32,000 nucleotides of DNA from Candidatus Nanohalobium constans (GTDB lineage: Archaea > Nanohalarchaeota > Nanosalinia > Nanosalinales > Nanosalinaceae): positions 480,001-512,000 of the forward strand of contig NZ_CP040089.1 in NCBI RefSeq assembly GCF_009617975.1. Reading direction: 5' to 3'. Position 1 is the stretch's first letter. Every line of letters starts with the position of its first letter. Under the pieces are notes generated by a model, which worked only from the letters and a program-made list of their open reading frames with translations, was not told where the DNA came from and did not search any database. Positions 1 through 7,362 of the stretch are shown piece by piece. A program made the translations under genes and the position numbers.

Positions 1-417
1 GTCATCTTTACTGCTAGGAATCTCTCCATCTTCAACTACCTCAGTTATCGCTTCATCATACCGATCCGAGAACACCTCTGAAACAGAAATATCTGATTCT
101 GCATTATCTCCTATGACATCATGTTTATTGTAGAAGGCGGAAGAGTATTCCTTAGGTTCTTCACCGACATTTACATGGTCGGAAACACCTTTCATGTATA
201 CTCCTTCTTCATAAGCCTCTACAACTACATCTATAACAGGTTGCCTTCCATCAGAGTAATTTGTTTGAGTGTGCAAATCAACTATCTGCTCTAAAGAATA
301 AGATTCTTCTCCGGTCTCCTCCACAGTTTCAGCGTCAGAGAGACCTATACTCACTTCATCCTCAGGCACCCATGTATATCCAGTACTTCGAATTTTTTTC
401 TCAGAGGAAGAAACCAT
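1..417 (-). CDS. PHP-domain metal-dependent phosphoesterase (N-terminal 139 codons; gene runs off the left window edge)
   Basis: Own minus-strand translation from ATG (complement of 415-417), open to position 1: MVSSSEKKIRSTGYTWVPEDEVSIGLSD...SLEQIVDLHTQTNYSDGRQPVIDVV...MKGVSDHVNV. DLHTxTNYSDG and SDH resemble PHP motifs I and II, but the second His of HxH is Gln. Absent from the ORF track because it is truncated. Confidence 0.5.
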   Translation of the reverse strand, partial: MVSSSEKKIRSTGYTWVPEDEVSIGLSDAETVEETGEESYSLEQIVDLHTQTNYSDGRQPVIDVVVEAYEEGVYMKGVSDHVNVGEEPKEYSSAFYNKHDVIGDNAESDISVSEVFSDRYDEAITEVVEDGEIPSSKDD

Positions 418-557
418 TACTGTTCTCTTGGAGGTTTGAAAGTTATATTTACTCGCATCTTACAAATTGAATCTAACAATAAACAGCCACGGATCAGGTT
501 AATAAATCTTCCAAGAGAAAGGCTTTGTATGAATTCTAAACAAGGTGTAGTTAGGTA

Positions 558-1265
558 ATGCAGATGACTAATCAGCAGCAACAGTATGATCGTGGAATCA
601 CAATCTTCTCACCAGACGGAAGACTATTCCAGGTAGAATACGCAAAAGAAGCAGTTAAGAAAGGAGCAACAGCTCTAGGGATAACATACGACGAAGGAAC
701 AGTCCTGGCAGCAACAAGAAGCACGCCAGAGCTCCAGGTCAGAAACCCGGAGAAAGTATTCAAAGTGGATGAACACCTTGGAATCGCAACATCGGGACTT
801 GTAGCAGATGGGAGAAAACTTGTTGATGAAGCAAGGAATGAAGCACAGAAACACATGATGACATACGACGAAGAAATCCCAACAAGTGTCTTAGCGAAGT
901 TCATCGCTGACAGATGTCAGCACTTCACACAGTACGGAGGAGTAAGACCTTACGGGCTCTCCACAATCACAGGAGGAATCAAAGACGGGAACCCAAAGGT
1001 CTACCACACCGACCCATCAGGAACACTCAACCAGTGGAACGCAATCGCAATCGGAAAAGGAAGAGAAGAAGCAAACGAACACCTAGAAGACGAATGGGAG
1101 AGAGATCTGAGTGAAGACGAAGCAATCGACCTAGCAGTCTCCGCACTTAAAGAAGGCGAAGAAGACATCGAACTGGAAAACATCGAACTCTCAGTAGTCG
1201 ATGAAAAAGACAACTTCCAAAGATTCACTCCGGAAGACCTCGACGAAAAAGGAGTCGAATTCTAA
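558..1265 (+). CDS. psmA: 20S proteasome subunit alpha
   Basis: 235-aa ORF with the alpha-subunit N-terminal signature YDRGITIFSPDGRLFQVEYA. Start could also be ATG 564. Confidence 0.96.
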   Translation: MQMTNQQQQYDRGITIFSPDGRLFQVEYAKEAVKKGATALGITYDEGTVLAATRSTPELQVRNPEKVFKVDEHLGIATSGLVADGRKLVDEARNEAQKHMMTYDEEIPTSVLAKFIADRCQHFTQYGGVRPYGLSTITGGIKDGNPKVYHTDPSGTLNQWNAIAIGKGREEANEHLEDEWERDLSEDEAIDLAVSALKEGEEDIELENIELSVVDEKDNFQRFTPEDLDEKGVEF

Positions 1266-1283
1266 ACACATATTTTCTCTTAA

Positions 1284-1289
1284 TTTTTT
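1284..1289 (+). terminator. Oligo-T tract after psmA (candidate archaeal terminator)
   Basis: T6 run 19 nt after the psmA stop. Archaeal termination typically uses oligo-T tracts. Confidence 0.3.
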
Positions 1290-1328
1290 CTCCAAAACTC
1301 TTTATTCGAGCATAATTAGTTTCCAACT

Positions 1329-1733
1329 ATGGATATCTGGCATCCAACTGTTCAAGATGTATTGACTGCACATGAAGTTGTTAAGGCAAATTCTGAGGTT
1401 CGAACAGAAGGACTGAAATCATCCCAGGAGAAAGGCATCAAGAAGATTCAAGAAACTCTTCAAAAAGCTCGAAATCAGGAGAATGTTTATCTATCAGCTG
1501 CTGTGTACCTAAAGAAACTTATTGATGAACATCCGTTCAATGATGGTAATAAAAGAACAGCAATAATGATTGCCGACCGATTCATGGAAGAGAACGGAGA
1601 AAGTTTTCAGCCCCATAAGGTACAAAACACTGAGGAACTATATGAGACAATAAAGTGGGAACTGCCCTCAATGAGTATTGATGAAACAGCTCACTGGATT
1701 GAAACAGGTGAAATCAAAGATGCCAACACTTGA
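1329..1733 (+). CDS. doc: Doc (death-on-curing) toxin, Fic-domain family
   Basis: 134-aa ORF carrying the Doc variant of the Fic motif, HPFNDGNKRTA (HxFx[DN][AG]NKR), at nt 1530-1562. The layout is typical of Doc: an N-terminal helix region, the motif, then a C-terminal helix. Confidence 0.85.
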   Translation: MDIWHPTVQDVLTAHEVVKANSEVRTEGLKSSQEKGIKKIQETLQKARNQENVYLSAAVYLKKLIDEHPFNDGNKRTAIMIADRFMEENGESFQPHKVQNTEELYETIKWELPSMSIDETAHWIETGEIKDANT

Positions 1734-1830
1734 CACTGAAGCAGAAGAAGCCAACAAATGGCTTAACTCCAGAAGAAAGTTTCAAGAAATAGCTGACAAG
1801 TACAAAGACCTTTTCAAAAAACTGGAATAA
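1720..1830 (+). CDS. 36-codon ORF overlapping the 3' end of doc (candidate minimal antitoxin; speculative)
   Basis: Read by eye and below the track cut-off: MPTLDTEAEEANKWLNSRRKFQEIADKYKDLFKKLE. Its ATG lies 14 nt before the doc stop, which is the geometry of translational coupling. No recognisable family. Confidence 0.3.
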   Translation: MPTLDTEAEEANKWLNSRRKFQEIADKYKDLFKKLE

Positions 1831-1878
1831 GCAGATTTTCCCAAAAACTGTTAAGCCCTAGTCACTAGTTCCTTCTAT

Positions 1879-2625
1879 ATGAGTCAGCAGGGAAACGTCG
1901 GCGGTGAAGGCCATAAAGGATCTGGAGAACAGGAAGGAATAGATACATCGGACGCGATAAGAATAAGATATGATGATGGCAAAACTTTTGAGATATTAGT
2001 TGAGCCAGAGCCGGCTAAGAAGGCAAAGCTTGAAGGCGACGAGTTTGATATGCCTCGACTGATGTTCGTCCAAGAAGTATTTACCGATGCGCAGAAAGGA
2101 GAAAGAGCTTCTCCCGACGAACTGGAAAGAGAATTCAATACAAAACAAATTATGGAAGCTGCAGAGGAAATCTTCGAAAAAGGCGATATGCAGCTGACGA
2201 CTGATCAAAAAGCTGAGATGCGGGAGGACAAGCACAAACAGGTCGTCAACATGATCGCACGGAGAGCACAGAACCCGAAGACAGGTAATCCTCATCCGCC
2301 GCAGAGAGTGGAGAACGCTCTGGAGGAAGCAGGTTTCAACGCAGACGCATTCCAAGATGTAGAAGAGCAGTTCGATGACGCAATCGACTCAATCAGACCA
2401 ATCATCCCTGTATCCCTCGATAAGAAAACAGTTGCAGTAAAGATTCCAAGCGATCAAGCAGGAAAAGCCTATGACACACTCCAACAAAAAACCGAGATAC
2501 TTGAAGAGCAATGGGGTGACAACCTCTATGCCAAAATAAGAGTGCCCGCAGGAATCCTGACAGAAGTAATGGAAGAAATACAGAAGCTGACTGGCGGAGA
2601 CTCCGAGGTTAAGGAAGAAATATAA
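1879..2625 (+). CDS. Ribosome maturation protein SBDS/Sdo1 homologue
   Basis: 248-aa ORF with SBDS-like blocks IRIRYDDGKTFEILVEP and ARRAQNPKTGNPHPPQRVENALEEAGF. It holds the conserved superoperon position between psmA and rrp4. Confidence 0.88.
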   Translation: MSQQGNVGGEGHKGSGEQEGIDTSDAIRIRYDDGKTFEILVEPEPAKKAKLEGDEFDMPRLMFVQEVFTDAQKGERASPDELEREFNTKQIMEAAEEIFEKGDMQLTTDQKAEMREDKHKQVVNMIARRAQNPKTGNPHPPQRVENALEEAGFNADAFQDVEEQFDDAIDSIRPIIPVSLDKKTVAVKIPSDQAGKAYDTLQQKTEILEEQWGDNLYAKIRVPAGILTEVMEEIQKLTGGDSEVKEEI

Positions 2626-2649
2626 ATTTTTTATTGAATAGTTACAAAT

Positions 2650-2964
2650 ATGGATGATATAATTCGAGAGTCAATGAGGGAAGCTGATTAAGAAATTGTA
2701 GAAAATGCAATTAGCGCCAATGTTAATGACATATTCTCTTACCTTGAAGAAGAGGGTTTAGACCGTAATTCCCCATTAGCTTTCGAAAAGACTTTAAAAC
2801 AAATGTTGTCCGATACCGAGGACTATAAACTTGAAAACATCTACGAAGATGATGGAGATCTGGTATACGAAATTAAAAAACAAAGAAAAGAAATAACCGG
2901 AACTATCAGACTATCGTACAATGAGGACAATCATTTAGAAAAAGAGATCGAAATTGATGTGTAG
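2650..2964 (+). pseudogene. 104-codon acidic reading frame interrupted by one in-frame TAA (2689-2691); pseudogene, or a 53-aa ORF starting at ATG 2803
   Basis: Codon-by-codon reading gives MDDIIRESMREAD*EIVENAISANVNDIFSYLEEEGLDRNSPLAFEKTLKQMLSDTEDYKLENIYEDDGDLVYEIKKQRKEITGTIRLSYNEDNHLEKEIEIDV*. There is no ATG/GTG/TTG between the TAA and 2803. Composition matches the local proteome. Confidence 0.35.
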
Positions 2965-2997
2965 ACAAGCACAACTATTTAACGTTTCCGCATCCTC

Positions 2998-3011
2998 CTT
3001 TTAATATAAAA
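2998..3011 (+). promoter_or_regulatory. Candidate TATA box for the rrp4-rrp41-rrp42 unit
   Basis: TTTTAATATAAAAA lies ~52-65 nt upstream of the rrp4 ATG. A GAGGT Shine-Dalgarno (SD)-like element at 3047-3051 lies 12 nt before the ATG. Confidence 0.3.
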
Positions 3012-3062
3012 ACGGATTTTCTGCTTTGCAGAATAACTTTAATTACGAGGTAATAAGACTTT

Positions 3063-3752
3063 ATGTCGCGTGTAAAAGACTCAAACGATATCGTTACTCC
3101 TGGAGAAGTTGTCGTTGACGGAAACGACTTCTATACAAACTCCGGAGTCTACGAGGAAAACGGTAAAATCTATTCAAAATACTTTGGAACAGTAAGATAC
3201 GGAGACAACTCCGTACAGGTAAGGCCGATGCACGGCCGATACATCCCGGAAGAAGGAGACATCATCATCGGAGAAATCACAAGAGTAAGCTACTCTCGAT
3301 GGACTGTCGAATTTAATTCTCCTTACGAAGGAAGCCTAAACATCGCAGATGCAACAGATGAGTATGTTGACCTGGATGAAGACGACTTAACTGACTTCTT
3401 TGCAGTTGGAGACGCAGTAGCAATCAAAGTCAAGTCAGTTACAGAAGGCATGGATGTCGACATGTCAATGGAAGACGACAGATGCAAGAAACTTGAAGGA
3501 GGCAGAGTAATCGAAATCCCTCCATCAAAGGTTCCGCGTGTAATCGGTAAAGGCGGAAAGATGATCAAACAAGTCAACAACAAGACTGGCTGCAACATCA
3601 TCGTAGGCCAGAACGGACAAGTATGGATCAAAGGAGACAACGCAAACCTTGCAGCACAAACAATCCACAAAATTGTAGAGGAATCACAGTTCGACAATCT
3701 GACAGACAGAATCGGTGAATTCCTAGATGAAGAACTCGAGGGTGATAACTAA
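3063..3752 (+). CDS. rrp4: Exosome complex RNA-binding protein Rrp4 (S1 + KH)
   Basis: 229-aa ORF with an S1-like central part and the KH motif VIGKGGKMIKQV. Its stop overlaps the rrp41 start (TAATG). Confidence 0.93.
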   Translation: MSRVKDSNDIVTPGEVVVDGNDFYTNSGVYEENGKIYSKYFGTVRYGDNSVQVRPMHGRYIPEEGDIIIGEITRVSYSRWTVEFNSPYEGSLNIADATDEYVDLDEDDLTDFFAVGDAVAIKVKSVTEGMDVDMSMEDDRCKKLEGGRVIEIPPSKVPRVIGKGGKMIKQVNNKTGCNIIVGQNGQVWIKGDNANLAAQTIHKIVEESQFDNLTDRIGEFLDEELEGDN

Positions 3753-4486
3753 TGACAGAACAAGAAATCCAATGGTTTGACGAAGAAGGAAAGAGAATTG
3801 ACGGAAGAGAAAAATACGAAATGAGAGAAACCCAGATGGAAGCAGATGTCCTGACAGAAGCAGACGGATCAGCAATGGTTAAAGTCGGGAACACTCGTGT
3901 AGTAGCATCAGTCTTCGGACCACAGGACCTACACCCAAAACACCTAATCGAATCTGACAGAGCAGTAATCAAGATGAGATACAACATGGCACCATTCTCC
4001 GTAGACGACAGAATGAGCCCAGGACCAAACAGAAGAGCAACAGAAATCGGACTAGTAGCCAAAAGAGCACTTGAACCAGCTATCGAAATGGAGAAATTCC
4101 CAAAGACTGGAATCGATATTTCCATGGAGATCATTGAATCCGACGGAGGAACAAGAGCAGCAGGAATCACAGCAGCATCACTCGCATTAGCAGACGCAGG
4201 AATGCCTATGAAAGGACTAGTTTCTGCATGTGCAGCAGGAGTAGTCGACGACACAGCTGTACTCGATGTCATCGGGAAAGAAGATAAGGAAGGAAACGCA
4301 GACATCCCAATCGCAACCATCAACGGCGGCGACGAAGTAACTCTGCTCCAGATGGATGGAGACCTGACAAAAGAACAGGTAGATGACTGTGTATCCCTCG
4401 CTAGAGAGGGTTGTGCAGAACTTGATGAGATGCAGCGCGAGGCGTTGCATGAAGTCTATCGGACAGAAACAGGAGGTGGCGAATAA
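3752..4486 (+). CDS. rrp41: Exosome complex exonuclease Rrp41 (RNase PH domain)
   Basis: 244-aa ORF with RIDGREKYEMRE (RNase PH N-terminal DGR motif) and the GGTRAAGITAASLALADAG block. GGGTGAT SD-like element upstream. Confidence 0.95.
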   Translation: MTEQEIQWFDEEGKRIDGREKYEMRETQMEADVLTEADGSAMVKVGNTRVVASVFGPQDLHPKHLIESDRAVIKMRYNMAPFSVDDRMSPGPNRRATEIGLVAKRALEPAIEMEKFPKTGIDISMEIIESDGGTRAAGITAASLALADAGMPMKGLVSACAAGVVDDTAVLDVIGKEDKEGNADIPIATINGGDEVTLLQMDGDLTKEQVDDCVSLAREGCAELDEMQREALHEVYRTETGGGE

Positions 4487-4539
4487 TGAAAATCGCAGAT
4501 TTTCGTGAAGACGAAAACAACAGAGGTGTTTTCGAATAA
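4486..4539 (+). other. 17-codon micro-ORF bridging rrp41 and rrp42 (TAATG overlap at both ends)
   Basis: ATG at 4486 overlaps the rrp41 TAA. The peptide is MKIADFREDENNRGVFE, and its TAA overlaps the rrp42 ATG at 4539. GGAGGTG (4472-4478) lies 7 nt upstream. Confidence 0.25.
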
Positions 4540-5327
4540 TGCAAATTAACACAAGAACGATTAAGGAAATGGCAGAAGACGGAGAAAGACTTGATGGAAG
4601 AGACATGGACGAATACAGAGACATCGAACTAGAGACAGATTACATCCCGACAACAGCACAGGGATCAGCCAAAGTCTCAATCGGAGACACACAGGTAATC
4701 GCAGGTCTCTCAGTTGAAGTCGAGGAACCTTTCCCAGACCAGCCGAATAAAGGGAGCATCGCGGTTAACGCAGAACTTGCTCCGATGGCTGACAGAGAGT
4801 TCGAAGCAGGACCTCCTGGAGAAAAAGGAACAGAGCTCGCAAGAGTAGTAGATAGAGGAATCAGGGAAAGTGAGGCAGTTGACTTCGAAGAACTATGCAT
4901 CACACCAGGAGAGGAAGTCATGACAATCTTCATCGACCTCCACATCCTGAACAACGATGGCAACCTTCTAGATGCATCAGCACTAGCAGCTATCGCCGCA
5001 CTTCAGACAGGATACCTTCCTGACTACAATGAAGAAGAAGGACTTGATCATGATTCTGAAGGTCGGGACATCCCTATGACCAAGGAGCCAGTCATGGTTA
5101 CGGGACGAAAGATTGATGACCAGTTGCTTTGGGATACAACCAGTGATGAGGAAGAAGCTCAAGCCGCACGGCTTTCAGTTACCACAACTGCTGAGGACAA
5201 GATTGTTTCGATGCAGAAAGGTGGTCGTGAGGAGTTGACTCATGATGAGATTCGGGAGATTATGGATCAGGCAGAGTCTCAAACACGGAAAATCCGGGAA
5301 ATCCTCCATGAGGAGACAGGGGAATAA
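4539..5327 (+). CDS. rrp42: Exosome complex component Rrp42 (inactive RNase PH-like)
   Basis: 262-aa ORF with RLDGRDMDEYRDIELE and RNase PH-like domain blocks. It follows rrp41 as in all archaeal exosome operons. GAGGTG lies 10 nt upstream. Confidence 0.93.
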   Translation: MQINTRTIKEMAEDGERLDGRDMDEYRDIELETDYIPTTAQGSAKVSIGDTQVIAGLSVEVEEPFPDQPNKGSIAVNAELAPMADREFEAGPPGEKGTELARVVDRGIRESEAVDFEELCITPGEEVMTIFIDLHILNNDGNLLDASALAAIAALQTGYLPDYNEEEGLDHDSEGRDIPMTKEPVMVTGRKIDDQLLWDTTSDEEEAQAARLSVTTTAEDKIVSMQKGGREELTHDEIREIMDQAESQTRKIREILHEETGE

Positions 5328-5375
5328 AAAAGATTTCCCCTCTTTATTTTCTCTATAAGGAGTTGAATACAAAAT

Positions 5376-5660
5376 ATGGCACAGACAAGCGGATCAAGCA
5401 AAAGATTCGGCGCACGATACGGAAACCGAATCAGGAAAAATGTTGACGAAGCAGAAAGCCGAGACGAAGAATGCCCAGAATGCGGCGCAGATCTAGAAAG
5501 AAACGCAGCAGGAATCTGGCAATGCACAAAATGCGGACAGAAGTTCACCGGTGGAAGCTACGAATTTGACACCGGCGCCCGAGAAAGACTTCAAAAAGCA
5601 TTAGAGCTTGAAGAAGGATTCGAAGAACTTGAAGAAGCTAAAGAAGAGATCGAAGGGTAA
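5376..5660 (+). CDS. rpl37ae: Ribosomal protein L37Ae (eL43)
   Basis: RFGARYGNRIRKNV plus the zinc ribbon CPECG...WQCTKCGQKFTGGSY closely resembles haloarchaeal L37Ae. Confidence 0.95.
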   Translation: MAQTSGSSKRFGARYGNRIRKNVDEAESRDEECPECGADLERNAAGIWQCTKCGQKFTGGSYEFDTGARERLQKALELEEGFEELEEAKEEIEG

Positions 5661-5668
5661 ACAGTACT

Positions 5669-5806
5669 ATGAGCTATGTATGCGTTAACTGTGAACAGGA
5701 AGTCGAGATTGACCCTGTAAACGAGAAGATTATCTGTCCAAAATGCAGTCACAGAGTACTGCTGAAAAAACGGCCAGATGACCCTGATGTCGTAGAAGCA
5801 GTATGA
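5669..5806 (+). CDS. rpoP: DNA-directed RNA polymerase subunit P (Rpo12)
   Basis: 45-codon ORF below the track cut-off, read by eye: MSYVCVNCEQEVEIDPVNEKIICPKCSHRVLLKKRPDDPDVVEAV. It has a CxxC...CxxC zinc ribbon and holds the conserved position after L37Ae. Its stop overlaps the next start (ATGA). Confidence 0.85.
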   Translation: MSYVCVNCEQEVEIDPVNEKIICPKCSHRVLLKKRPDDPDVVEAV

Positions 5807-6018
5807 AGACAACAGTACATATTGATTCAGAGACACCGAAAAGTTTAGACAAGATACTTTCCCCCAGCCTCGAATCAAGAGGGAAAGTAGAACTACAGAC
5901 CAAGGTTACTGGAGAAAGTTTCCAAGTGGAGATAGAGACGGATGGTCTTGGACCGCTTCGAGGCACTACAGACAATGTTTTCAGGCTTGCAAGCCTGGCA
6001 CAAAAAATTACAGAATGA
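5803..6018 (+). CDS. pcc1: KEOPS complex subunit Pcc1
   Basis: 71 aa. The C-terminal block VEIETDGLGPLRGTTDNVFRLASLAQKI matches the Pcc1 pattern (...D..ALRG..NS.LRW...). It is a member of the superoperon neighbourhood. Confidence 0.72.
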   Translation: MKTTVHIDSETPKSLDKILSPSLESRGKVELQTKVTGESFQVEIETDGLGPLRGTTDNVFRLASLAQKITE

Positions 6019-6034
6019 GGATTGAATCTAATTT

Positions 6035-6364
6035 ATGTCAGATGAACAAGAAGCACAGCAAATGATGATGGAACTTCAGAAAACCCAGCAACAGCTCCAG
6101 GAAGTCGCAGAGCAGAAACAACAGACAGAAATGGATCTTCAAGGAGTCAAAAAATCTCTAGACGAACTAGGAAACAGTGATGGAGAAGTCTACAGACAGG
6201 TAGGCGAAATCCTAGTAGCAAAAGATAGAGATCAGCTGGAAGACGAGCTTGAAGAAAGAAAAGAAGATCTAGAAGCACGAATGAAGAGCTTGGACAAGAA
6301 AGAAGACAAATTAGAAAGTAAAATGCAGGAAAGCCAGCAAGCATTCCAGCAGAACATGGGATAA
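6035..6364 (+). CDS. pfdB: Prefoldin subunit beta
   Basis: 109 aa with two coiled-coil arms flanking a beta-hairpin block (GEVYRQVGEILVAKDRDQL), the typical length and layout of PfdB. Confidence 0.9.
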   Translation: MSDEQEAQQMMMELQKTQQQLQEVAEQKQQTEMDLQGVKKSLDELGNSDGEVYRQVGEILVAKDRDQLEDELEERKEDLEARMKSLDKKEDKLESKMQESQQAFQQNMG

Positions 6365-6390
6365 CACCCATTTAAGGTGATTTTCTTTTT

Positions 6391-6633
6391 ATGCCAGTAG
6401 AAGAAGTTGTTGACAGGATGCAGGATATGGCAGACCAAGATTCTCTGCCTTCAAATGTTTCCGAGATGCTTGAGGAAGCAGCTGAAGAACTAAAGGACGA
6501 AGATAGGGATCTTTCTGTCCGTGTGAACGCAGCATCATCTATTTTGGACCAGGTCAGTAATGATCCTAATATCAGGCAGCATACGAGGACAGAAATTTGG
6601 AATCTGGCCTCTAAGGTTGAAGGTCTTGAATAA
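6391..6633 (+). CDS. UPF0147-family small protein
   Basis: 80 aa. LDQVSNDPNIRQHTRTEIWNLASKVE matches my recollection of the UPF0147 consensus (LDEISNDPNMP.H.RT.IW...S.LE). Confidence 0.65.
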   Translation: MPVEEVVDRMQDMADQDSLPSNVSEMLEEAAEELKDEDRDLSVRVNAASSILDQVSNDPNIRQHTRTEIWNLASKVEGLE

Positions 6634-6691
6634 GGCGGCAACTATAAAAAAATCCCTTACTTTTCTATTAACTAAGAGGTAACCAAAAACT

Positions 6692-7060
6692 ATGCCACTA
6701 GGCTTCTTGAACAATAACAGCGACGACGAATCTGAAGATATAGTAGAAGATGACTTCGTTGAACTAGATGCTAAACCAGCAGATGAAAAACAGGATGTAG
6801 TAGTCAGAGCAGAGACACTGAAAGAATTTGATGATACAGAGAAAGTTCAAGAACAGCTTCGAGACGGAAAAATCGTCTGGGTAAACATCCAGCCACTCAA
6901 GAACAGAGACATGACCAAGTTGAAGAGAGCTGTCAAGAGGTTGAAGAAAACGGTCAGGGCAGTCGACGGAGATATCGCAGGTGTCGACGAGGAATGGATT
7001 GTACTAACTCCTGAATATGCTTCCATTGAAAGAACAGGAAGTGAAATGAACGAAGCCTGA
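6692..7060 (+). CDS. sepF: Cell division protein SepF (archaeal FtsZ anchor)
   Basis: 122 aa. DDFVELDAK...VVVRAETLKEFDD...LRDGKIVWVNI...VRAVDGDIAGVDEEWIVLTP parallels haloarchaeal SepF (DYVELD...DGDIV..GDDQIVITP). Confidence 0.85.
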   Translation: MPLGFLNNNSDDESEDIVEDDFVELDAKPADEKQDVVVRAETLKEFDDTEKVQEQLRDGKIVWVNIQPLKNRDMTKLKRAVKRLKKTVRAVDGDIAGVDEEWIVLTPEYASIERTGSEMNEA

Positions 7061-7072
7061 AAAAGACAATCT

Positions 7073-7330
7073 TTACTGGTTTAATCCTTTTTCCATTCCC
7101 AACTGTTTTCTTATATTCTCAAGCTGGTTCTCCAAGACATCCATTCGTTCTTCGACATCTCCTACTCCAAGCCGGACAAAGTTCTCAACACATTCCTGGC
7201 AGTAAACATTGCCATCAAACTTTATCGCATCATCAGGAATCTTAGAATGTCCGCTTGGTAGTTCTTCGGGATCATGACCGCCAAAATCCAGTAAATCACC
7301 GCAATTATCACACTTTACTTCATAAACCAT
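7073..7330 (-). CDS. Small zinc-ribbon protein with C-terminal coiled coil (function unknown)
   Basis: 85 aa with CDNCG...CQEC followed by the heptad-like VEERMDVLENQLENIRKQL. Lies downstream of, and co-directional with, the tRNA thiolase gene. Confidence 0.6.
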   Translation of the reverse strand: MVYEVKCDNCGDLLDFGGHDPEELPSGHSKIPDDAIKFDGNVYCQECVENFVRLGVGDVEERMDVLENQLENIRKQLGMEKGLNQ

Positions 7331-7362
7331 ACAAAAAATTCAACAAAACCAGAATATAACTT

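Noticed and set aside
1-417. Left-edge minus-strand gene as RNase P subunit Rpp30, which is expected next to psmA and is also PHP-superfamily
   Set aside because: The orientation is divergent from the superoperon. The N-terminus carries a DLHTxTNYSDG PHP-phosphoesterase-type motif rather than the Rpp30 pattern as I recall it. It is called a generic PHP-domain protein instead.
261-470. 69-aa plus-strand ORF at the left edge
   Set aside because: It is antisense to and overlapping the PHP-domain frame, and its composition is not acidic. The PHP frame is open for 139 codons and carries recognisable motifs.
2689-2691. In-frame TAA as evidence of stop-codon reassignment
   Set aside because: TAA terminates most well-supported genes in this window (psmA, SBDS, rrp4, rrp41, rrp42, L37Ae, pfdB). 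Genome-wide recoding is therefore excluded. A local nonsense mutation or sequencing error is more likely.
3628-4323. 231-aa ORF on the minus strand overlapping rrp4 and rrp41
   Set aside because: It is antisense to two strongly supported genes. Its Ser/Ala/Ile-rich low-complexity translation is what the reverse complement of GAx-rich acidic codons produces. No motif recognised.
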